Part shown: one piece after another, positions 1-7,223 of the stretch
How the letters are laid out: each line of letters begins with the position of its first letter
Position numbering within the stretch: position 1 is the first letter of the stretch
From: Hungatella hathewayi
GTDB taxonomy: Bacteria > Bacillota > Clostridia > Lachnospirales > Lachnospiraceae
Direction: 5' to 3' (one strand)
Length of the DNA: 32,000 nt
Assembly: GCF_025149285.1 (NCBI RefSeq)
Contig: NZ_CP102274.1
Made by a program: the position numbers and the translations under genes
Notes under the pieces: model-generated
The model's input: only the letters and a program-made list of their open reading frames with translations
The model's database searches: none
Told to the model about the DNA's origin: nothing

Positions 1-363
1 CGCCCGCACAAGCACCATCCGAATCCTTTTCAAATGAACGGCCGTGTACCAGACTGCGGCTGCAGTCAACAGATACGCGGCCGCCTCCACTACGGAAAAG
101 GGAACACTCCCGGATACTCTTCCCAGCGTTCCCACAATAACCGGGTAAACGGTTACCGCATACCATTCTCCAAATCCCGGCACGAGACGGGCCAGGAGCT
201 GAAGAAGCAGCGACACGGCAAACAGAATGCCGGAAGCCAGAAGAAGCCGGCCTTCCGTCCCCTTCCTCCTGCCCCGGAGGTTCTTCCCCTGTTCTTCACT
301 TCCGAATTCCGCCGAAGCCCCCTCCTTATTCTTATGAGCGTTTTTCCATATTTTCTCTCCCAT
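1..363 (-). CDS. Membrane protein, DUF3810-like, N-terminal part (gene continues past the left edge of the window)
   Basis: Absent from the ORF track because its stop lies outside the window. A reverse-strand ATG at 363 has GGGGGGAAGG just upstream, and the frame stays open down to position 1. Translation: MGEKIWKNAHKNKEGASAEFGSEEQGKNLRGRRKGTEGRLLLASGILFAVSLLLQLLARLVPGFGEWYAVTVYPVIVGTLGRVSGSVPFSVVEAAAYLLTAAAVWY... It has a TM helix followed by an EWY..YP...G.L.R.SG..PFS..E pattern that I associate with DUF3810 proteins. The family call is from memory and unverified. Confidence 0.5.
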   Translation of the reverse strand, partial: MGEKIWKNAHKNKEGASAEFGSEEQGKNLRGRRKGTEGRLLLASGILFAVSLLLQLLARLVPGFGEWYAVTVYPVIVGTLGRVSGSVPFSVVEAAAYLLTAAAVWYTAVHLKRIRMVLVRA

Positions 364-556
364 ACGCCTTCCCCCCGAAGTATTTCGCCATGCCCCGCAC
401 AGCAAATGATTTAAAATAACGGTACCATATTTTTATGGACATTCCGTGGAATGTTTGTGAATATTTTCTTACCATTTAGGAAAACCCCTTGCGGAATCCG
501 GAAAACTCATTTAAACTCTCTTATGGACAAAATAATGGATAGAAAAGAAGGTCTTT

Positions 557-1123
557 ATGAACAGGGAAGATAACAGACTGGAGAAAAATGAGGCATTTGA
601 CTGGAAAGCCGAAATCATAAGCTGGATTAAAATCATTGCGGCGGCAGCCGTCATTGCCTTTGTTTTAAACAACTTCATCATCGCAAACAGCAAGGTTCCA
701 AGTGGTTCCATGGAAAATACGATCATGACCGGAGACCGCGTCATCGGTTCCAGGCTGTCGTACAAATTCGGCGATCCAAAACGCGGCGACATCGTTATCT
801 TTCATTTTCCGGATGACCCCACCGGTACCATTTACTATGTAAAGCGGATCATCGGTCTGCCCGGAGACACTGTTGATATCATCGATGGAAAGGTCTATTT
901 AAACGGATCCCGTACACCTCTCGACGAACCTTACATTCGGGAGCCTATGGACCCGGAACTTCCCGCCTGCTTCGAGGTGCCGGAAGATTCCTACTTTATG
1001 ATGGGCGATAACCGAAATTTCTCCGCCGACGCCAGACGATGGGAGAACAAATACGTAAAACGCGATAAAATCATTGCGAAGGTGCTGTTCCGGTATTATC
1101 CCGGAATCGGAAAGATCGAATAA
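557..1123 (+). CDS. lepB: Signal peptidase I (S26 family)
   Basis: 188 aa. N-terminal TM anchor (IIAAAAVIAFVLNNFII). Catalytic-Ser box SGSMENTI, the RIIGLPGD box and the GDNRNFSADAR box are typical of type I signal peptidases. RBS AAGAAGG lies 6 nt before the ATG. Confidence 0.9.
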   Translation: MNREDNRLEKNEAFDWKAEIISWIKIIAAAAVIAFVLNNFIIANSKVPSGSMENTIMTGDRVIGSRLSYKFGDPKRGDIVIFHFPDDPTGTIYYVKRIIGLPGDTVDIIDGKVYLNGSRTPLDEPYIREPMDPELPACFEVPEDSYFMMGDNRNFSADARRWENKYVKRDKIIAKVLFRYYPGIGKIE

Positions 1124-1185
1124 ACAGGAAACGGTCCTGCCCGGAGAACTTCCGATATCGAGGGAGCACTTCTCCATGATATCAA

Positions 1186-1232
1186 AAATGCGGAAATCTG
1201 CCGTCTATTCACGGCAGATCTCCGCATTTTTG
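1186..1232. terminator. Bidirectional intrinsic terminator between lepB and the convergent dehydrogenase gene
   Basis: The sequence is caaaaatGCGGAAATCTGCCGtctattcaCGGCAGATCTCCGCatttttg. It forms a ~14-bp GC-rich stem with an A-run on the left and a T-run on the right. Confidence 0.75.
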
Positions 1233-1248
1233 ATTCCCGGTACCGGGT

Positions 1249-2112
1249 TTACCACTGATAATACTGAACCAGAGCCTGGGTTCCCAGACTTCCTTTCCCC
1301 TGTGCCTCCATATCCTCATACATGGAAAGCACGTATTCCAGCACGCCCAGATGGACGCCTGCGTCCTCCGCTTCCTCAGATGCAAGCTTCATATCCTTAA
1401 TGAAATGCCGGATAAAAAAGCCCGGATCAAAGTCTCCTGCCAGAATACGCGGGGCCACCGTTTTAAGCTGTGCGCTGCCTGCCGCTCCGGTGCCAATCGA
1501 ATCCACCATCTGCGCCACATCAAGGCCCACCGCCTTCGCATAGACCATGGCCTCACATACGCCGGAGATTGCACCAGCTATGGCAATCTGATTGCACATC
1601 TTGGTATGCTGGCCGTTTCCGGCTTTTCCTTCGTACTTGATATTCTTTCCCATGGCCTCAAAGAGCGGCATACAGGCGGTAAAGTCCGCTTCATCTCCAC
1701 CGGCCAGAATCGTCAGCGTTCCCTCTCTGGCCCCCGTATCTCCGCCGGTTACCGGTGCGTCGAGAGCCTTTAATCCCGCCTTTTTGGCATCCTCGTATAT
1801 CCTGACCGCCAGCTTCGGACTCGTGGTTGTCATATCGATCAGAACGGTATCCGGATCCGCACTGGCGATGATTCCGTTTTCCCCGAAATAAACCTCTTCC
1901 ACATCCTTCGGATATCCCACGATGGTAATCACAGCGTCACGTCCGGCGGCACAGGTCTTTACATCTTTGCACCAGACGGCTCCCTCCGCGATCACCTCCT
2001 CAGCTTTTTCCCTGGTCCTCGTGTAAACCGCCACCTCAAAACCAGCCTTCATCAGATTACGCACCATGGATTTTCCCATGATTCCAATTCCGATAAATCC
2101 CACCTTTTTCAT
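1249..2112 (-). CDS. NAD(P)-dependent beta-hydroxyacid dehydrogenase (3-hydroxyisobutyrate / tartronate semialdehyde reductase family)
   Basis: 287 aa. N-terminal Rossmann motif MKKVGFIGIGIMGKSMVRNL. DAPVTGG and the NGQHTKMCNQ (catalytic Lys) motifs are typical of the HIBADH/GarR family. RBS GAAGGAGGA. Confidence 0.85.
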   Translation of the reverse strand: MKKVGFIGIGIMGKSMVRNLMKAGFEVAVYTRTREKAEEVIAEGAVWCKDVKTCAAGRDAVITIVGYPKDVEEVYFGENGIIASADPDTVLIDMTTTSPKLAVRIYEDAKKAGLKALDAPVTGGDTGAREGTLTILAGGDEADFTACMPLFEAMGKNIKYEGKAGNGQHTKMCNQIAIAGAISGVCEAMVYAKAVGLDVAQMVDSIGTGAAGSAQLKTVAPRILAGDFDPGFFIRHFIKDMKLASEEAEDAGVHLGVLEYVLSMYEDMEAQGKGSLGTQALVQYYQW

Positions 2113-2202
2113 GTGTCCATATCCTCCTTCTCGTGTTGTCCATCTTCTATTCCGATTTTAACACGAGCCATGTCTGTTGTAAATTCCGGATTTTCAGTTC
2201 TC

Positions 2203-3540
2203 TTACTTCGCGCCCAGCGCCGCCATGGTAATATAGTTGTAAGGTTTATTAAAGTGAGGAAGGAAAAATGCATCGAACAGCTTCAGCTTATCGATGGTCA
2301 CCTGCTCTTCAATCGCCATCGAGAATAAGTGGATAACCATGGAAATATCGTAGTCGGAACTGAGCTGTGCGCCAAGGATCACCCTCGTGTTCTTATCATA
2401 AACGATGCGCAGCTTCACCTTATAATTTCCATTTTCCATGAACTCTGCCTTCTGCCAGTCCTCAAAATCTGTCACAAGCGCATCAATTCCCAGCTTTTCG
2501 GCTTTGGCCAGGCTGATTCCCGTGCTCACCATGTTAAGCCCCCAGATGCTGATGCCGTTGGAGCCCTGGACACCCACGGATTCCAGCTTCGTACCGCAGG
2601 CATTGTGAGCCGCAATAATCCCGGACCGGACCGCGTTTGTAGCCAGCGCAATATAGTCCGTGGCCTGAATGGCATTATTGTAAACCGTTGCACAGTCGCC
2701 AACCGCATAGACGCCCGGAACGCTTGTCTCCTGACACAGATCCGTTAAAAACGCACCATTCCGGAACAGCTTGATCCGGTCTCCGCCCAGTGCGGTATTA
2801 GGTTTAAAGCCGATTCCAAACACTACCATGTCGGCATCATAGCTTCCCTTATCCGTAATCACCTTCTGTACGCGAACGGAACCCTCCAGCTTTTTCACGG
2901 TCTCTCCAAAAGCCAGGGTAACTCCGTGCTCTTTTAAATGATCCGCCATCTGATCGGAAAATTCTCTGTCATAATAGCCTGCAAGGCAGGTATCCGCACA
3001 GTCGATCAGCACCACTTCTCTGCCGTTTCTCTTAAATGCCTCCGCCAGCTCCACACCGATATAACCGGCGCCGACCACTGCGACCCGCTTTACGCTTTCA
3101 TCCTTCAGACGTTCGATCACATCCTGAGCATTCTGGAACAGCTTTACAAACTGCACATTTTCCAGATCCATCCCCTCGATGGCCGGACGAATCGGAAGCG
3201 AACCGGTTGCCAGAATCAGTTTGTCGAAGTGCTGCTCATACGTATTCCCCTCGCGGTCGGATGCATAGACGATCTTTTTGTCGTAATCGACAGAAGTCAC
3301 CGGTGTCTCCATGTATATTTTGGCGCCCTTTGCCTCAAAAGCCGCCTTGTCGGAGTAAAACAGTCCCTCCGGTCCCGATATCTGTCTGCCGATCCAGAGC
3401 GCCATACCGCAGCCCAGGAAACTGATGTTGCTGTTGGAATCAAAGGCGATTACCTCTTTATCCTTATAATTATCCAGGATGGTGTTAAGCGCCGCCGTTC
3501 CAGCATGATTTGCCCCGATTACTACAATAGTTTCTTTCAT
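2203..3540 (-). CDS. nox: NADH oxidase / CoA-disulfide-reductase-family FAD-dependent pyridine nucleotide-disulfide oxidoreductase
   Basis: 445 aa. It has the FAD-binding [12 protein letters not shown] and the redox-active single Cys motif [10 protein letters not shown]. It also has a second dinucleotide fold [17 protein letters not shown] and the YAVGDCA motif. RBS TAGGAGGA. Confidence 0.85.
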   Translation of the reverse strand: MKETIVVIGANHAGTAALNTILDNYKDKEVIAFDSNSNISFLGCGMALWIGRQISGPEGLFYSDKAAFEAKGAKIYMETPVTSVDYDKKIVYASDREGNTYEQHFDKLILATGSLPIRPAIEGMDLENVQFVKLFQNAQDVIERLKDESVKRVAVVGAGYIGVELAEAFKRNGREVVLIDCADTCLAGYYDREFSDQMADHLKEHGVTLAFGETVKKLEGSVRVQKVITDKGSYDADMVVFGIGFKPNTALGGDRIKLFRNGAFLTDLCQETSVPGVYAVGDCATVYNNAIQATDYIALATNAVRSGIIAAHNACGTKLESVGVQGSNGISIWGLNMVSTGISLAKAEKLGIDALVTDFEDWQKAEFMENGNYKVKLRIVYDKNTRVILGAQLSSDYDISMVIHLFSMAIEEQVTIDKLKLFDAFFLPHFNKPYNYITMAALGAK

Positions 3541-3628
3541 GTGAATATCCTCCTATCATGATTTGGCTGAGTAAATCCCAGTTCTTAAAATATGCTGCAG
3601 ATAACTAGAGTATTTCCAAGATGGTCTC

Positions 3629-3657
3629 ATTATATCACACCGTTAAACTAATAACAA
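3629..3657 (-). promoter_or_regulatory. Putative sigma-A promoter of nox
   Basis: The minus strand reads TTGTTA - 17 nt - TATAAT with TGA immediately upstream of the -10 (extended -10 TGnTATAAT). It lies about 90 nt upstream of the nox ATG. Confidence 0.45.
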
Positions 3658-3768
3658 TAACTATTATTAAAAATTAATAATTTTTTCACAATCCATAACA
3701 GGCTCCGATAATCCGTAATCAAGCGGACAGGTCCGCGTCTTCGGCTGGCGGCTGGCCATGAACGTAAA

Positions 3769-3828
3769 ATGAGAGTATCCATGCGCCGGCTGCCGCTAAA
3801 TTGGGCTATCGCGCTTGGATACTCTCAT
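3769..3828 (-). terminator. Long hairpin downstream of the esterase gene (probable terminator)
   Basis: A perfect 12-bp inverted repeat, ATGAGAGTATCC (3769-3780) / GGATACTCTCAT (3817-3828), encloses a 36-nt GC-rich loop that can pair further (GCGC...GCGC). It begins 14 nt after the esterase stop. Only a short T tract (TTTA) follows on the minus strand, so terminator function is uncertain. Confidence 0.45.
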
Positions 3829-3841
3829 TTCAATTTGATGT

Positions 3842-4660
3842 TCAGGTGCCAGACTTGTCCTGGCTGGCAGGAATCAGCCCGAAATATTCCAGTATACATT
3901 TCAGCTGAGGATTCCAGAAGCCCCAATTGTGACTGCCGTCGCATTCACAGTAATGGTAATCCAGCTCCGGGCACTCCGTTTCCATAAACTGCTTAAATTC
4001 CACATTCAGGCCGTATAGCGGATCCTGTTTTCCACAGCTGTGATAGATCTTCAGCCCGCTTCCCGCGGACGATGCCGCCTGCTTTGCCAGATACTCCAGA
4101 TCCTCCTTGGACCCCTTATACTCCGCCTCGTCGCCGAAAATACGGTACACATTGTCCATAAAGTCCGGAACAGAGAACATCGGTCCCGCCGCCTTCATGG
4201 CTCCAAACGGGCTGTTGGCCGCCGACATTGCAGCCACTCCGGCATACTGTTCCGGGCAGGACAGCGCCGCCTTCAGCGCGCCATAGCCGCCCATGGACAA
4301 GCCTCCGATGTAGGTGTCCTCCCTCCTGGCAGATGCCGGGAAGAAATTGCCCACAATGACAGGAAGCTCCTTTGTAATGTAATCAAAATACAGATGGCCG
4401 TACCTGCCGTTTGTGTAAAAGCTTCTGTGTGCCGACGGCATGACAACGATGAGATCGTGATCCCTGACCAGCAGCTCTAAATCACTCTTTCTGATCCATG
4501 CGGTGTTGTCGTCCGCATGACCGTGCAGCAGGTAGAGCACGGGATACTTTTTGTCAGGAGCCGCCTCCGGCTTTCTCCCTCTTTTTTCCGGAAGAAGAAC
4601 GGTCAGAGGGGAATCCATACCGAGATAATATGAGTAAAAATCTACATTTAAAAGTGCCAT
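3842..4660 (-). CDS. Esterase-D / putative-esterase family serine hydrolase (alpha/beta hydrolase)
   Basis: 272 aa. YPVLYLLHGHADDNTAW is followed by the nucleophile elbow GLSMGGYGA, as in the PF00756-type esterases (tributyrin esterase, S-formylglutathione hydrolase). RBS AAAGGAG. The gene starts 21 nt after the GntP stop, so it is probably co-transcribed. Confidence 0.8.
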   Translation of the reverse strand: MALLNVDFYSYYLGMDSPLTVLLPEKRGRKPEAAPDKKYPVLYLLHGHADDNTAWIRKSDLELLVRDHDLIVVMPSAHRSFYTNGRYGHLYFDYITKELPVIVGNFFPASARREDTYIGGLSMGGYGALKAALSCPEQYAGVAAMSAANSPFGAMKAAGPMFSVPDFMDNVYRIFGDEAEYKGSKEDLEYLAKQAASSAGSGLKIYHSCGKQDPLYGLNVEFKQFMETECPELDYHYCECDGSHNWGFWNPQLKCILEYFGLIPASQDKSGT

Positions 4661-4681
4661 ATGTATACTCCTTTCTAAATC

Positions 4682-6046
4682 TTATGCCCAGATAAAGCTG
4701 ATGGCATATAAGACAATAAATGACAGGATGGAGCAGAAGCCTCCATACAGGGTCCAGGATTTAAACGCCGTCTTTAAATCAATTCCCATATACTCTTTTG
4801 TCAGCCAGAAACCGGAATCGTTGACATGGGAGAAGCTGGTCGCTCCGAACATGGCAGACATACCGATACAGGCCAGATACATCGGAGAGTAGGTGGATAT
4901 CTGAGGAAATGAAGCAACAATTCCCAAAGTCATCGTCAGCGCTACCGTGGTGGAGCCCACGCCGATTCTCATCAGTGTGGAAATAATATAAGCCACAAGA
5001 ATGATGGAGAGATTGGCATTCTGCAGGGCATTGCCGATTAACGTCCCCATTCCGGAATAGTCCAGAACGTAGCGCAGCACTCCGCCGGCCGAGGTAACCA
5101 GGACAATCATGGCTACAGGCTGAAGGGATTTCGCAAGAACGGATTCCACCGTCTCCATGGTAATTCCCTTGCGCACACATAAGAATATGATTCCTGCCAC
5201 ATTGGCAATGATCAGCGCAAGATAAGGCTGACCGATAAACACACAGAAATCCAGAAAATTCTGCATGCCGGCGCTGTCCGCTGTCATCATACCTGCCGAC
5301 GCACTGACCAGAATCAAAAGAATCGGCAGAAGCACAATGGAGATAACCAGACCAAAGGAGGGCCCGCCCGCAGCGCCTTCTTTCTTCTCAGGAGCCAACA
5401 CTGCATTTTCGGGAACCGGAACATAAAGCCTCTTTGCAAATGGTACCGCTACCGCATAACTGATCAGATATTTCGGGATAACAAGCACGAGAGCCAGGAT
5501 AGTGACCGTTCCCAGGTCTACAGGGAGACTTCCCGTGATCAGCATGGGAGCCGGTGTCGGAGGAATGGCGGATCCGATGCCGAGACCTGCAGTCATTGGA
5601 AGCACATAATACAGTAAAGATTTATTTGTCTTTTTGGCTATGGAGTAAACAATCGGCATAAGAATGATGAAAGCCGGATCGAAGAACACCGGAATACCGA
5701 TGATAACGCCTGCAAGCCCCAGGGCAAACGCAGAATTCTTTTCGCCGAATACCTTGACCAGCTTGTCAGCAATCGCCTGCGCCGCACCGCTTACCTCCAG
5801 GATTCCTCCAAACATGGAACCGAGTCCGACGATCAGCGCGATCCCCTTTAACGTGTTGCCCATGCCGTCTGTAACCGCCTGAGTGACAAGTGAAAACGGC
5901 ATTCCGCTTCCGACTCCAATGATGACTCCCGCGATAAGAACCGAAAGAAGCGCATGAAGCCTCAGCTTAATAATCAGGAACAAGAGCACCACAAACCCTA
6001 CCAGTGTGGCAGTTATCAACTGCGCCGGATTAGCTACATAATCCAT
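4682..6046 (-). CDS. GntP-family (gluconate:H+ symporter family) sugar-acid permease
   Basis: A polytopic membrane protein with GntP-like N-terminus and glycine-rich helices (LLFLIIKLRLHALLSVLIAGVIIGVGSG). I place the start at ATG 6046 (MDYVANPAQ...), which has GGGAGG 10 nt upstream. The ORF-track start at 6070 has no good RBS. The 6046 start also gives the same 37-nt operator-to-ATG distance as the dehydratase gene. Confidence 0.85.
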   Translation of the reverse strand: MDYVANPAQLITATLVGFVVLLFLIIKLRLHALLSVLIAGVIIGVGSGMPFSLVTQAVTDGMGNTLKGIALIVGLGSMFGGILEVSGAAQAIADKLVKVFGEKNSAFALGLAGVIIGIPVFFDPAFIILMPIVYSIAKKTNKSLLYYVLPMTAGLGIGSAIPPTPAPMLITGSLPVDLGTVTILALVLVIPKYLISYAVAVPFAKRLYVPVPENAVLAPEKKEGAAGGPSFGLVISIVLLPILLILVSASAGMMTADSAGMQNFLDFCVFIGQPYLALIIANVAGIIFLCVRKGITMETVESVLAKSLQPVAMIVLVTSAGGVLRYVLDYSGMGTLIGNALQNANLSIILVAYIISTLMRIGVGSTTVALTMTLGIVASFPQISTYSPMYLACIGMSAMFGATSFSHVNDSGFWLTKEYMGIDLKTAFKSWTLYGGFCSILSFIVLYAISFIWA

Positions 6047-6083
6047 AATAAAAATACCTCCCTGTTTCATTTTTTCATCTCTT

Positions 6084-6105
6084 CATAATACGTATGATGT
6101 CTTTT
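6084..6105 (-). promoter_or_regulatory. Operator copy 1 (putative FadR-type GntR binding site) in the gntP-like leader
   Basis: The minus strand reads AAAAgACATCATACGTATTATG. This matches 21 of 22 positions of 7165-7186 on the plus strand. The core is the palindrome ATACGTAT. Confidence 0.55.
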
Positions 6106-6112
6106 CTCCTAT

Positions 6113-6141
6113 AAATTATCATTACTGCCGATATATGTCAA
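6113..6141 (-). promoter_or_regulatory. Putative promoter of the GntP permease-esterase operon
   Basis: The minus strand reads TTGACA - 17 nt - TAATTT, then 7 nt to operator copy 1. The dehydratase gene shows the same architecture at 7128-7186. Confidence 0.5.
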
Positions 6142-6205
6142 GTATTATTCCTATATTTTCATCTTTTGCACAAATACAGCAATACCGTTTTGTGCAATTT
6201 TACCC

Positions 6206-6220
6206 AATATACGTATGACC
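6206..6220. promoter_or_regulatory. Operator-like copy 2 (partial) in the divergent intergenic region
   Basis: The sequence AATATACGTATGACC shares the 10-nt core ATACGTATGA with copy 1. Confidence 0.35.
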
Positions 6221-6293
6221 TATTTCAGTCTTGTGTTTTTTATGACATCTGTACGTCCCAGCTGCCTTTCGCTTCATTTTCCGTGTCCATCTG

Positions 6294-6322
6294 GTGACAA
6301 ACGACCGGCAATGTGTTAAAAT
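6294..6322 (+). promoter_or_regulatory. Putative promoter of the FadR-type regulator gene
   Basis: GTGACA - 17 nt - TAAAAT, preceded by TGT (extended -10). It lies 30 nt upstream of the TTG start. Confidence 0.4.
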
Positions 6323-6351
6323 AAACTCAATTCAGCAGGGAGGTAGAAAGG

Positions 6352-7062
6352 TTGAACAGTTTAGAGTTTTATAACGGGAAACCGCTGGCGGAGCAGGTCG
6401 CCGATTACATTTTAAACTATATTATCGATAACAGTCTGGAAGTAGGAGCCAAGATTCCCAATGAATTTGAGCTCGGCAAGATGATAAACGTCAGTCGTAC
6501 GACCATTCGCGAGGCCATCAAGATCCTGGTATCCCGGCAGATTCTGGAGATCCGGCGCGGAGCCGGCACCTTTGTCTCCGAGAGGCAGGGGATCACCGAC
6601 GATCCGCTTGGCCTTACCTTTGTAAAAGACAAGACCAAGCTGGCGCTGGATTTAGTCAGCGTACGTCTGATGTTAGAACCGGAGATCGCCATGATGGCGG
6701 CAGACCACGCGACGCCGGAACAGATCGAGGAGATGAGGCTCCAGTGCAGCCAGATCGAAGAACTGATCCAATCCGGCCGGGATCATATGGAAGCAGACAT
6801 CCGCCTTCATACACTGATTGCCTCCTGCAGCGGCAACAGCGTGGTGGAAAAGCTGGTTCCGGTCATCAACTCTTCCATCGCCGTATTTGTCGATGTCACC
6901 AACCGGGCGCTGGGCCAGGAAACCATCGAGACCCACCGCGAGATCGTAAACTGCATCGCAGAGCGCGACGCGGAAGGCGCAAAATGCGCGATGTACATGC
7001 ATTTAATCTATAACCGGAGAGTCTTCCGGCAGCTTGAAAAGGAGGAGAAGACGCTCCGTTAG
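6352..7062 (+). CDS. GntR-family transcriptional regulator, FadR subfamily (N-terminal wHTH plus C-terminal FCD domain)
   Basis: 236 aa. The GntR wHTH reads ELGKMINVSRTTIREAIKILVSRQILEIRRGAGTFV. The all-helical C-terminal part (RLMLEPEIA...HTLIASCSGN...HREIVNCI) is typical of FCD domains. TTG start with GGGAGG 8 nt upstream. The stop codon is TAG. Confidence 0.85.
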   Translation: MNSLEFYNGKPLAEQVADYILNYIIDNSLEVGAKIPNEFELGKMINVSRTTIREAIKILVSRQILEIRRGAGTFVSERQGITDDPLGLTFVKDKTKLALDLVSVRLMLEPEIAMMAADHATPEQIEEMRLQCSQIEELIQSGRDHMEADIRLHTLIASCSGNSVVEKLVPVINSSIAVFVDVTNRALGQETIETHREIVNCIAERDAEGAKCAMYMHLIYNRRVFRQLEKEEKTLR

Positions 7063-7127
7063 CGTTGCAATGTGCGGCGAACCGCAGCTCCGGGCAGGGG
7101 CACCTGATATATTTTTCCAATGGCTTG

Positions 7128-7156
7128 TTGACTTTGCGCTGTGAGTATGGTATTTT
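7128..7156 (+). promoter_or_regulatory. Putative promoter of the dehydratase gene
   Basis: TTGACT - 17 nt - TATTTT, then 8 nt to operator copy 3. This parallels the permease promoter. Confidence 0.5.
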
Positions 7157-7164
7157 GTACTTAT

Positions 7165-7186
7165 AAAATACATCATACGTATTATG
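7165..7186 (+). promoter_or_regulatory. Operator copy 3 (putative FadR-type GntR binding site) in the dehydratase leader
   Basis: The sequence is AAAAtACATCATACGTATTATG. The 17-nt stretch 7170-7186 is the exact reverse complement of 6084-6100. It ends 37 nt before the ATG at 7224. Confidence 0.55.
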
Positions 7187-7223
7187 CCTTTGTTCGAAAA
7201 ATATAAAATCAGGAGGAACCGCA

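Noticed and set aside
34-414. 126-aa plus-strand ORF at the left edge of the ORF track
   Set aside because: It lies antisense to a much better minus-strand reading frame (1-363) that has an RBS, a TM helix and a recognisable family pattern. Its own translation is Arg/Pro/Ser-rich and low in complexity, and it has no RBS.
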